Shown one piece after another: positions 20,534 to 30,625 of a stretch of 64,000 bases of DNA. The position numbers were made by a program, and so were the translations under genes. The stretch covers positions 32,001 through 96,000 of the IMG/VR virus record IMGVR_UViG_3300029288_000067. The stretch is one strand, 5' to 3'. Below the pieces are notes generated by a model. It had not been told where the DNA came from. It saw nothing but the letters and a program-made list of their open reading frames with translations, and did not search any database. The stretch's first letter is position 1, and the number at the start of each line of letters is the position of its first letter. Source of the stretch: a virus (taxonomy: Duplodnaviria; Caudoviricetes).

Positions 20534-22080
20534 TTTTTTATTAATTAGACTTCCATTTCATTTAACCACACAGAGATTCGATTGTCAATACTATTTTCCA
20601 ACGATGTGATAATAATACCGAAAAAGATCTTCGATAGGGCCGGGAGGCATCATCCGAAATGCTCGGTCAATTCCCAAGTATACTTTTCCATCGGAAGGAA
20701 AATCCCAAACATTGCTTACGGCATTGGGGTCCGTGTGCAACAACATCGTTTCATAATCGTCTGCTTTTTTAAGCATTTGGCGGTTAGCATGGCGAAAGTT
20801 TCGGCTTGCCCGTTTCTTCGCCATATGATCCGAACCACGACGACCGTGACCCAACACAACAGTCTTTACAAAACTTCGTGACATCTCTAAGGCTCCTTGT
20901 TTAAGGTTTCTTAGAGAAAACTCTCCGGGTACTGTTGAATATTCATTTTTACTCTCCTGTGAGTAGATCAATATCTTCTTCGATACGTTTAAGCCCTTTA
21001 TTGGACTTTTCCAGAACATCCATTGCTTCCGAAATTTTTGAAGTACTGCTGCATTCCGATACAGCTAATCTAATAGAATGTATTTTTCTTTGTAAATTCT
21101 TCAATTGCCGGATTGACAACGATTCAGTTTCGGTATTTTTCATTTTTTACATCCCTGAAAGAGTTTTATATGTCAAAAGATTCTTTTCCAAGTCTGAAAT
21201 TGTCTGCCGAAGATACCCAATACAGAGCATTGTTGGTTTATTGTATTCCCGGGTATGCACCTCTGAGGACCCACAAACCCGGCAAGCTTCTGTTGCTTCT
21301 TTTTTTGCAGAATTGTGTCTTCGATCGTTTATGGTATATGCCATCTTGTCTTCATTTCCTTAAAAAATTTAAGAGTTTGATTACAAAAAATGTTATCAAA
21401 CTCCCGAGAAGAAAGTAATATTTTAATTCCTCCTCGTGCATTTCCTTCAAACAATCATTGTGATAATCTGTTCCATTTTCATCGTGACTCGAATAGTGAC
21501 ATTTCGGGCAGGTATCTCCATACATCAGTATTTCCCCTCTAAGTATATTTTTGGAGGCATGTTGAATCTTCGCTTAAAAGAGCAAGTTCCACACAAGACT
21601 GTTGCCGTTCTACCTATTGGGGTATCTGGAACTATCAACAAGATCCCACAATCAACACAAGGAATTTCTACGACTCCTACAGGCTTTTCCTTCGGATCTG
21701 TCATATTTTCGCTCATATTGGGAACTACCATCCTGCTGCCTCTTCCTGTCCAATCGCCAGCCCGATAGACTTTCCAAGAGAATATCCTTCGAGATAACTC
21801 ACAAAAGCCTTGTTTGTTTCCCCATTGGTATACCAGTGCCCCGCAGGAGCTTCTCCTCGTTTTTCCCGGGTTACTTGCATATGCTTGTGGGTTTTTTCAA
21901 AATTGTCCATCACTTCACTCAATTCTTTGGAATTCATGGGCATACTCCTTTTTATTTCATCGCTGATGAGGATGAGAAATACTATTCCCCTGTTGCAACC
22001 TACAACAGACTTCCTCACAACAAGAAGACACCTTGTTGTGAGGCAATTTATTTTGCCCTATAGACACAGGGCATGAGCAA

Positions 22081-22630
22081 TGCCGGGAGCGGGACTTGAA
22101 CCCGCACGAGATTTCTCCCTCCGGATTTTACCTACCACTTCGGCTTTCGCCGCCAAGACTTTAACTTTCTGTACCCGTGGGATACAGGGCTTTTCTTGTT
22201 CGTGGTCTGGATCATATCTTTGCACAGGTCTATGCCATCTCCAGCTTTGAAAGCCTTTATGACACGCTTTGCAAGCGAAGCCCGAGTTTCCTCTGACAAG
22301 GCAGTTGGCACATGATCTCTACGAGGGTATTCATTTCTTCCCACGTTAGGCGTTCTTCACGTCCCGTCAGGATTCATCATGAAAGAACCTTCTCTCGGAA
22401 TTGGGTTGTCCTGTCCCTCTTTCAAGTGCTCCGTATCCCAGTAACGAGATTCGGGAGAAGAGGGCTTCACCACGTATGGAGTTTATCCTTATTTGGTAGC
22501 TCTCACTATACTTTTTCAGCAAGCCGTTTTCCGATTTCGCCAACATCCCACAGGGAATTTCTTACCCTGTGGACCCATTTCACATTTGTGTTACTAGAGT
22601 CCGGTGTGTCTACCGTTTCACCATCCCGGC
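22081..22630 (-). tRNA. tRNA-Leu(UAA), intron-containing (exons 22630-22598 and 22130-22081)
   Basis: joined exons give CCGGA-CT|TAA-AA-TCCGG, long variable arm, GCCGGGA/TCCCGGC acceptor. Confidence 0.9.
22131..22597 (-). mobile_element. group I self-splicing intron (467 nt) without a homing endonuclease ORF
   Basis: P1 GGACU/GGUCC with U.G at the splice site, P3 GUUGGC/GCCAAC, P7 GAUCA/UGAUC in AGAGAUCAU and AAGAUAUGAUC contexts, ACCAC/GUGGU pairing near the 3' end, terminal G. Confidence 0.88.
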
Positions 22631-22656
22631 TATTTGTTTTTCAAAGAACTACAAGT

Positions 22657-22685
22657 ATATTACCGTAAGAGCAACAAAACTTCAA
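22657..22685 (-). promoter_or_regulatory. repeated promoter upstream of tRNA-Leu
   Basis: TTGAAG-N17-TAATAT. Confidence 0.8.
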
Positions 22686-23190
22686 GGTCTCTTTTGTACA
22701 ATCTGCAAAGAATCTTCGTCCTTTATCTCTTTTTCCTCAATTGTTGCAAGAGAAAGAAGAAACCGATTTCGGTCCATTTTAATTTCTTCTATTTCTTCGG
22801 GGAAGGGATACTTTGGATATTCCAACTCTTTGGCTTTCTGTGGAGGACACAGAAAGATAGTTTGTTGCGCCGAAGATTTATCCCTATTTTTCAATGTTGT
22901 AACGATTATTCTTTTTTGCATATTACCCCCTCCCCAGTTTCAACAATAAGTTGTTAAGAGTGTCTTTGTCACTTTCCGCCCCACCATTTTTCTCAAATAA
23001 CTCCACAATTTTGAGAATGAGTATATCCCTTTCCAACAATTTCATTTCTTCAGTAATACTTGATAATTCTGCTATTGCAAGAGTTAATTTACCGGTGTTT
23101 AAATACTCTTGCATTACTTTTGAACTTATTTCAAATTCTTTTGCAGTTCGAGCAATTCTGTTTTCATTCAATTTTTTGTAAGAAATCATA

Positions 23191-24216
23191 CTATTTCACC
23201 TTTTTGCAGAAAGTAAAGAGTTTCTCGGGATGGGCAAGGATTGCATTCCCACAGGTTATTCCACTTTCATCTTCTTCTTTCGAGGCAATAAATGTGATGA
23301 CATCAAAGCCTTCATTTCGGAGATCTTTTTCGATTTCTTTGTAAGGATAAAAAGTGGTGTAATTTCCCGGAGTTTTAATCCCTTTTTCCAGGGCTTCCGG
23401 GGTTTTATGCATAGGGGTCAATTTCACAACGTACCAATCTGGATTGAAATATTTCTTCAAATCCTTTCCCTTTATCTCATACTCTGCAACGGCAAAATTG
23501 AGGGTATATTTTCTTCCTTTCGGAGGAGAGTCAATCAATTTTGCAATTTCGGAAAGATCTAAGGAATTCCCATAAAACATATCTTCCCGGGCAGCGTCCG
23601 AAGTGGAATTGATAGAGAATTGTAACCCTGCTTCTCCTGCACAGGCAATATTTTTAAAATCAACCCACCGAGATACAAATCTTTGCAGAAATTGATTATT
23701 CTTCGGGAGCATTGTGGAAACCACAGGATGGAAATTACCCCCTCCTAATTCTGTGAATTGTTTTCCCGCGATAGCAACGGGAAGAACCTCTTTGTTAAAG
23801 GAGGGCTCCCCCATACGGGCAAAATGTAAATTCAATCGCTGGGTTTTCTTAATCTCTGGATGCAAAGAGAGAGCGGTTTGTATCTGTGTCAGCATATCCC
23901 TATAGGAACAATTCAACCCTTTACCTACTTTTGGAACAGAACAAAATTTACACCCCATAGAACATCCATACTGGGTTGAAATTGTGATGACCCATTTTTC
24001 AGAAAGGGGGAGCATTTCTTGATGTTTCACTTCCGAAATTTCCTGGGACAATCCCAAGAAATCTGCTTTAATATTTGCCTCTTTCCCATAATCCCCCAGA
24101 GAGACACACTCAAGCAACCCACCCTCACCTCTTACAACAAGGATATGCCCGGTGGGAACCTCATACAAATTTACAAGGTGGGGTTCTTTTAAAACATCCA
24201 AAGAATTGTAATCCAT
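23191..24216 (-). CDS. RlmN/Cfr-like radical SAM protein
   Basis: STQYGCSMGCKFC, MGEP, VST, C-terminal TCG. Confidence 0.8.
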   Translation of the reverse strand: MDYNSLDVLKEPHLVNLYEVPTGHILVVRGEGGLLECVSLGDYGKEANIKADFLGLSQEISEVKHQEMLPLSEKWVITISTQYGCSMGCKFCSVPKVGKGLNCSYRDMLTQIQTALSLHPEIKKTQRLNLHFARMGEPSFNKEVLPVAIAGKQFTELGGGNFHPVVSTMLPKNNQFLQRFVSRWVDFKNIACAGEAGLQFSINSTSDAAREDMFYGNSLDLSEIAKLIDSPPKGRKYTLNFAVAEYEIKGKDLKKYFNPDWYVVKLTPMHKTPEALEKGIKTPGNYTTFYPYKEIEKDLRNEGFDVITFIASKEEDESGITCGNAILAHPEKLFTFCKKVK

Positions 24217-25828
24217 GTTATTTCCCTTTCTGCAATTTTTCTCGAAACAAAACAGCTTGTTTGTGTGCTTCCTCGTGAGTATTCCATTTCATGTTACCCT
24301 CGGGATCCTTGACATCCAAATGATCGATTCGGGCATAGAAATGCTTTCCCTCCGGCCACCTTGTAATGTTGATTTTCATATTTGAATTGGGGAAAACAAA
24401 GTCATCTTTTGTAACCGTATCAAGAATAGTAATTTCCCCGTGAGGGTAGAAATAAGCTCCTGTGGGGGAGATATACAGGGTTTTGTAGGTTTCCAAGCAT
24501 TTCCACATATTTGCAACAACTTTACCGACAAAATCCGCTGCAATTTCCCAGATCTTTTTGTTTTCTCCTCGGAGAGCCGAAACCTCGCAGATTTGTCGGA
24601 TAACTCTGCCCATATCTGTGCGGGCATGAGAGTATTGTGATTCTGTTCTTCCCAACAAATAATCACATTCCTTGGAGAACATGAAATCCTCAACCCCACG
24701 ATTGATATTTTTGGCCTGAACATTTTCGTACCATACCATCAATTCCTGTTCGGATTGCACTTTCAACAGATAGTCATACTCCAAGGTATGTCCCCGGGAA
24801 GCTATTGTTATTTTTTCAAAAGTGGGCATGTTATTCCCCCCCATTCTACAAATTCTGCTTCCATCTTCAGAAGCTTTTCTTCGGCATCTTTCATTTCATT
24901 TTGCAATCTCTGGATTTGTTCCTTGGTTCTTTGAATCTCTTTCCAAGCTGCGTATTTTTTAACTTTTGGAAAGAATGTATCCCCGTATTGTTCTATGGCA
25001 GAAACCGCTACCCCATCCAGAAGTTCAATTATTTCGGCAAGGTATTCCCCACACTTTGGTCCAGCACCAATCAAAAGAGATGCCCTATTAATTGCCCTTT
25101 TTGTCTCCATATCCAACCCAATAGCAAATTGGACCATTCTATCCTTGAATTCTACAGCATGGTCTGTTTCAAGCTTAAGACCCATAAACTCCCCACAGAC
25201 ATGCAAACAAGTGATTCGTAATGGTCCCAAGGAAGTGATTACCTCAATTACGGGTTCTTTCATTGTTTATCTCCCATGAAGGTATTCCGAGTTTCCGAAA
25301 AGTACCAAGAAGTGTATTTGTGCCCGTATTTCCACCAATAATAGAAATTGAAACTGGAGCCGATTGTGAGGGCTTTGATTGCAACTAGGATGAAAAGATA
25401 TTGAAACATACTTATTTCCTCCTCGTTTGCGTTAATTTGGGTGTAGCTCCCTTTTTCCAAGCTGTGGCACATTTCTTCTGGTCCCCTAAAATCCCCCGTG
25501 CAAAGCCCGAAACAGAGGACAAATTGAACAATTCCAAGTCTTTGTCGGGGACATTTGGCAACAGGGTTTTTCGCAGACCTTCAACCCCAGCACATTTTAT
25601 GATTTTGGGTTGCCATTCGATCATATAAATACATGCCGACATGCTTCTTTCAAATGAAGCTTTGTGACATTCCCGGTAAGCCTCTTCAAAGTGCCAGAGA
25701 CCTTCTCGCTCGGAGTTGAACCCAATCACTTTTTCATCATCATCCAGAGCAATGTAATACTTCTCGTCACAAAAATACAGAATCACCCAAAAGTCTTTTG
25801 TCTTTTTCATATTTATCCCTCCGGAAAG

Positions 25829-25857
25829 ATATTACCGGGAGATGGGTAAAACTTCAA
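25829..25857 (-). promoter_or_regulatory. repeated promoter
   Basis: TTGAAG-N17-TAATAT. Confidence 0.8.
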
Positions 25858-26059
25858 AGGGAATTTTTATTATCGTTTGTGTCTTCCTCACAATACAGGG
25901 TTTTCCCATCCTTATTTGCTAAGAATTCGGCAATCGCAGTAGTAACCACCCGCGACAACTTGAAAAATGTGTGTTACTACGTACCCAAACCCGACCTTTT
26001 TCCACATATGCATAGGCTTCTTCTTTGGTTGCCTTTTGATATTTTTGCATATTCTCCTC

Positions 26060-26923
26060 CTATAAAATTGTGGCTCCCGGAGTATTCCAATCCAAAAACA
26101 CACGCCCAGAAGGATGGTAAATAAGATTCCTTACTGTATCATCTACAACACTTCGAGTGAGACACCTTGAAAGACAGATATTTAATCCTGATTTTGGGAA
26201 AACAAATACATCGGCCCCGTGAGGAAGTGTATATACATATTTTCCCCCAAGGGTATGCACAACATTCTGTGTTGTTAAATTCCAGTAATTTTCATCAATT
26301 CGGTGTTCTTCCACGAATTGTTTCTGTGGAGAATTTTCTCCTTCTGGGGCATTGATGGGTGTTACCGTGATTTGATCAACTTCATTATTTTCTGCAAAAT
26401 AAATAAATTGAGTCAGTTCCTCAGCGGTATCAATAAAACCTTTCATGGCGACAAGAGAAAGTCGGACAGTATATCCCATCTGTCTCAATTTAAAAATAGT
26501 TCGTGTAAGGAAAGGATATTCTTTGTTGTATATTTCTGCATTTCGAGCATTCTGATAATGCACAACAGACAGAGAAATTGTGGTTAATCCCAGAGAATAC
26601 CACGTTGGAAGGTAGGTGTCCCAAATCACTTGAGAAAACAAGCCATTGGTTTGCAATTCTTTCAGAGGAAAATCTTTGAGATATCCCAAGTAACCGGAAA
26701 TCTCGTTCGGGTGCAGGGTGGGCTCCCCTTTACTTGTAAGAATAAGAGTTGTTGCCCCTTTTTGCATTGCCAGCTTATATGCTGCGTCAAGATGATTTCG
26801 ATTGATGGAAAAATGCTTATCCCTTTTAATCTCTGGGGTCATTTTTGCAATACAAAAGGGACAAGAGGCATTACATCGAGAATCGCCCACTAAAACATTC
26901 ATTGCCGTAACATTAAAATTCAT
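26060..26923 (-). CDS. radical SAM protein of unknown function
   Basis: CNASCPFC, GEPTL, QTNG. Confidence 0.85.
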   Translation of the reverse strand: MNFNVTAMNVLVGDSRCNASCPFCIAKMTPEIKRDKHFSINRNHLDAAYKLAMQKGATTLILTSKGEPTLHPNEISGYLGYLKDFPLKELQTNGLFSQVIWDTYLPTWYSLGLTTISLSVVHYQNARNAEIYNKEYPFLTRTIFKLRQMGYTVRLSLVAMKGFIDTAEELTQFIYFAENNEVDQITVTPINAPEGENSPQKQFVEEHRIDENYWNLTTQNVVHTLGGKYVYTLPHGADVFVFPKSGLNICLSRCLTRSVVDDTVRNLIYHPSGRVFLDWNTPGATIL

Positions 26924-27313
26924 CTCTATATCCTTGTATTTTAGGAGTATGTTGCGAGGATTCTGAAAGATAGGTCATTGTATCGAACATATTTCAGAAG
27001 AATTCTCTCGAAAGAACTTTTCCAATTCAACAAATCATCGAAAGAGAAAGAAGTACTTCCGAGGTACAACTCCACAGCAATTTCATTGTCTTTCAAACAC
27101 AAATCACCACAAGTTGAGTATGGATCGAGTGGAGGTTTAAAAATTTGGAATTCTTTGCCATTAATCCCAAACATCCCCGGGCAATCTTCTACGGGAAAAT
27201 CTTTTTCTAACTTTTCGAGATCTTCCCAAACACTTATGCCGTCCAAAATAGCAATAAGATGCAGATTGTTGCTACGAGACATGTATTCACTCCTCTATGT
27301 ATGTCTTTTTCAG

Positions 27314-27385
27314 TAGACCCGGTGGGGATCGAACCCACGACTATTCGGTTATGAGCCGAAAGCTCTACCACTGAGCTACAGGTCT
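27314..27385 (-). tRNA. tRNA with CAU anticodon (Ile2 or Met)
   Basis: TTCGG-CT-CAT-AA-CCGAA; no CCA; isotype uncertain. Confidence 0.85.
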
Positions 27386-27389
27386 ATAA

Positions 27390-27636
27390 GTAATGCAGGT
27401 AAAGAACTACTAGGCTTACAGGGCATCTTTGTGGGCTCCGTCGTTTGTCTGACTCCTTAGAAACCAGCATCAGGCAATCTATCTGATTTCGGCATCAGTG
27501 GTTAGTTCCACTCGACTCCACAGTATCGACCCTTACAATTGCCATTGTATTACTATCCCGATGAACTCGATAGTTTTCGCCAGCCCCAGACGCATTTAAT
27601 AAGGCTTGTGTGTCACATACCACACCGCTGCATTAC
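27390..27636 (-). ncRNA. candidate 247-nt multi-helix ncRNA with possible pseudoknot
   Basis: 9-bp closing stem GTAATGCAG/CTGCATTAC; hairpins GTGTG/CACAC, ACTATC/GATAGT, TACAAT/ATTGTA, GTGG/CCAC, CTGAT/ATCAG; no ORF. Confidence 0.6.
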
Positions 27637-27660
27637 AGAACAACCCCGTAAAGGGCACCT

Positions 27661-27828
27661 GCATACCACATGTTGCCACAGTCTCCCCAAGGATTTAGGG
27701 ATATAACCCAGTTGTGTACTCATGCCTGTCATTCTATCCCAACAAGCACCCCTCCACAACCGTTTCGTTTTACCATTTGCAAATTCCTGATAGAGGGAAT
27801 ATTGCTACAGCGAACGAGGGCGGTATGC
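27661..27828 (-). ncRNA. candidate ~170-nt structured RNA
   Basis: closing GCATACC/GGTATGC; internal GCAA..TTCC/GGAA..TTGC helix; between two tRNAs. Confidence 0.45.
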
Positions 27829-27839
27829 GAACAAGACAA

Positions 27840-27915
27840 TTGCGGGAGTTGGATTTGAACCAACGATCTGTGGCTTATGAGACCACCGGGAACGACCATA
27901 CTTCCCCATCCCGCA
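27840..27915 (-). tRNA. initiator-like tRNA-fMet(CAU), atypical
   Basis: TGCGGGA...GTTGGTTCAAATCCAAC-TCCCGCAA resembles fMet; arm GTGGT-CT-CAT-AA-GCCAC. Confidence 0.8.
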
Positions 27916-27920
27916 TTAAG

Positions 27921-27949
27921 ATATTACCACAACACCTTCAAAACTTCAA
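27921..27949 (-). promoter_or_regulatory. repeated promoter 5 nt upstream of tRNA-fMet
   Basis: TTGAAG-N17-TAATAT. Confidence 0.8.
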
Positions 27950-29409
27950 GCTATTCTTTGACTTCCTCAAACCGGCATTCTTTCATAATTTTTGGAGGGT
28001 AACTGAAACCCTCAACATCTTGAATAGCAAAAAATTTATCCCGATCCAAGTCCTGCATAAAATCTCCAAGAGTTTCCGGAAACTCGAAAACAAAATTGAT
28101 TTTTGAGACCATATGTGTTGCCCGGATCTTCATTTTGTGGATACCTTTCGAGAAATCAATCGATCTTTTTCCCAATATTCCACAGTCACATCGGTTTCGG
28201 TTTCAATTGTTACTTTCTTTGAAACAACCTTACCAAAAGGATCAAATTGTTCCTCAGTAGTAATCTTGGGCTTCTTGTCGGATGTTTTCTTCTTCAACTT
28301 CTCCACCAATTCGTCTACATCTTTCACTTTCAAGAAATCGTCAAAATACCCATTGGCTTTATGCAAGAATTGTTCAACGTAGCTTGTGATAGGTTGAGGT
28401 TTATTAGGGCAGTTCATACAGGCAGCAGTACCGGCAAGAGAGCAACAACAAACAGCCATTTTATATTTCTCCAGTATCAATCGATTTGATTCACGAATTC
28501 CGAAACATCAATCACAGGGTACTTTACCACGATCTCCCGAAATTTTTCAAGGGTAAGATTCAAATAAATGAGGACATTCACAACATTTGTCCTCGGGGAG
28601 ACATACTTCACGAAAAGATTCCCGTTATCCTCCAAAGCCCACACAGGAATGTTGAGATGGTTGAAATCAGTTGGACCACAAATTTCAACCATCTCTGGTT
28701 TGATATTGTACGGGCTTTCAGCGGGAACTTTATTGAATCCTCTTGGGAATCCAAGATAGATCTTTGTAAGGCCCCCAATAAATGTCCCCGGATGATGTTT
28801 CGAACAAGTAAAACCACCCCAGTTCGAACTTTTTGAAACATTTTGGCATCTCTCTCCCCGATTACATGCTTGCATACATCCCGGGCAGAAATATTTTTCA
28901 ACAGCCTTCAAAACAGTTTCAGGAACGGTTGAATTGTTTTCGCTCTGCATGTTTAATCTCCTGTATGTAAGTATGTACTTTCTTTGCCTCATGAATCCAA
29001 TTTTCTTCCGGCAGTTCTGTAACAAGATCCACGGGGACATAATTCTTGTGCGACGGTAGTTTATCGGTGTAATGCCCGAGGAATGTAAACCCACTACCCG
29101 TAGGATCTTCCACAAGAGTTAATCCCATAGGGCGGATTTTCTTGTTTATCGTTGCAAGGCTGTATCGTTTTTCGCCCATATTATTTTTCCGAGATGGTGA
29201 TGGATAGACCTTGCAGGATCTGTGGTCCGTCACAATATCGGTCGGTTTCCTTATATCCCATCACTTCTTGGATGCATACCTTGGAATATGGGGGAATATC
29301 AATCCCCTTTGCTTTTGCATACATCCTCACCATCTCTTCCAGTTCCAGCGAGGACACCTTGTAAGAGGTCACAGTGCTTTGTCTTTCCATATTCGCTCCT
29401 TATGCAGGT

Positions 29410-29438
29410 ATATTACCGCGAGGACTCAATTTATTCAA
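29410..29438 (-). promoter_or_regulatory. repeated promoter
   Basis: TTGAAT-N17-TAATAT. Confidence 0.75.
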
Positions 29439-29809
29439 GATTATCTTACAATACCCATTTTCAGTAAAACCAAATGAGCAAAAGTTTCTTTCTTGAAAAA
29501 ATTGTAGTCCACTGTATGATTTGGGTAATTTTCTTTCAAAGTTTTAACAATGATATCAAAATAGTTGAACAATTGCTGTTCTGCAAGCTTAATCGCAAAA
29601 CTCTGTAATTCCTTTTGAAATAATTCTGTTCCTTTGTAGGAATTGAACAGATCCTCCCCAAGATGATCCTTGAATTGTTTCATCAAATCAATTGTAGAGA
29701 GTGGTTTGAGACCATCCTCTACACCACTCACTAATGTTTGTTCGGCCCCGGGGGGAAGCTTTGCAATTTCTTCTACAAAACGTGACAAATCTTCATTTGA
29801 TAACATACT

Positions 29810-30625
29810 TTACTCCTGTTCTGTAATTGGTCTGTGTCCTTTGAAAACAAAGGACACTCGATTCTTGATCTTGTGGAGCGGGGGGATAGAAACTTCCACA
29901 ATATCTTTCCGCTCAATTTGTAGATCTGGATTGGACCGGGCATCATGCTTCTCCGGTAATTTCTCCAACTCTTCTGTTGTGAATTTCCGGAAAGAAGAAA
30001 CCTTCTGCAGATAAATCCCTCGCTTGAAGAAATCCGGGAGATCGTTGAAATTTACCCCCTTTTGGAATAACATTTCCTGTTTCTGCTTCCCGTCTTTTCC
30101 CTCAAGCTCTTTGTGGTAGTAATACACCCGTGCAGCCATAGAGATAGCATTTTTTGTTGCATCTTGCTCTCTCCACAGCAAATAATTCACTGCTTCGATG
30201 CACGTTGGGACATTCCAAGCCCTGCAATCAAAAATAGCTGGTCGCGACATCAGCCTTTCCGGAAAGAACAATTTGCAACCCTCCTGGAAAAAATATGTTG
30301 CAAGGGATGCCAACACAGAGTTGATTTTGTAAATCTTCCCATCAAAAATCAATTGTGATTTCGGGTTTTCCTCGTAAAGAATGAGAGAAATCTCATCCGA
30401 CTGGGTATACCCAATAATGGCACTTGTTTCTTCCATCAACTTCCTTGTTACATACGAAAAGATTTTCCGCAGTCTTTCATCATAGGGACGATTCATGCCC
30501 TTCGTGTAACTGTGAAATGCCTTCCCATCAATGCGAATGCAGAGAGGGAGAAGAGGCATAGCAATGAGGGAGGTACCATTCCTCTCATATGCTTTCATGC
30601 GGTTGCCAAAAGAATCATTCTGCAT
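29810..30625 (-). CDS. thg1: Thg1-like tRNA(His) guanylyltransferase / 3'-5' polymerase
   Basis: RIDGKAFH, PYD, YTQSDEISL, FDCR, YLLWREQDA. Confidence 0.92.
   Translation of the reverse strand: MQNDSFGNRMKAYERNGTSLIAMPLLPLCIRIDGKAFHSYTKGMNRPYDERLRKIFSYVTRKLMEETSAIIGYTQSDEISLILYEENPKSQLIFDGKIYKINSVLASLATYFFQEGCKLFFPERLMSRPAIFDCRAWNVPTCIEAVNYLLWREQDATKNAISMAARVYYYHKELEGKDGKQKQEMLFQKGVNFNDLPDFFKRGIYLQKVSSFRKFTTEELEKLPEKHDARSNPDLQIERKDIVEVSIPPLHKIKNRVSFVFKGHRPITEQE

Noticed and set aside
21963-21979. CTGATGAG...GAAA hammerhead-like core on the plus strand
   Set aside because: No stem II between the core segments, and it is antisense to local transcription.
22132-22344. 70-aa ORF inside the intron
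   Set aside because: It overlaps the catalytic core (P7, P3, P9) and has no endonuclease motif.
22594-22604. Unspliced tRNA-Leu reads CU-CUA, like an amber suppressor, suggesting stop-codon recoding
   Set aside because: The P1 U.G pair and terminal G place CUA inside the intron. Long genes are intact in code 11, and TAG and TGA both terminate ORFs normally.
27760-27839. HDV-like (theta) ribozyme after tRNA-fMet (CCUCGU loop, GCAAAU-GGUA)
   Set aside because: P1, P3 and P1.1 cannot be formed convincingly, and the element does not start at the tRNA 3' end. No theta ribozyme was recognised after any tRNA.
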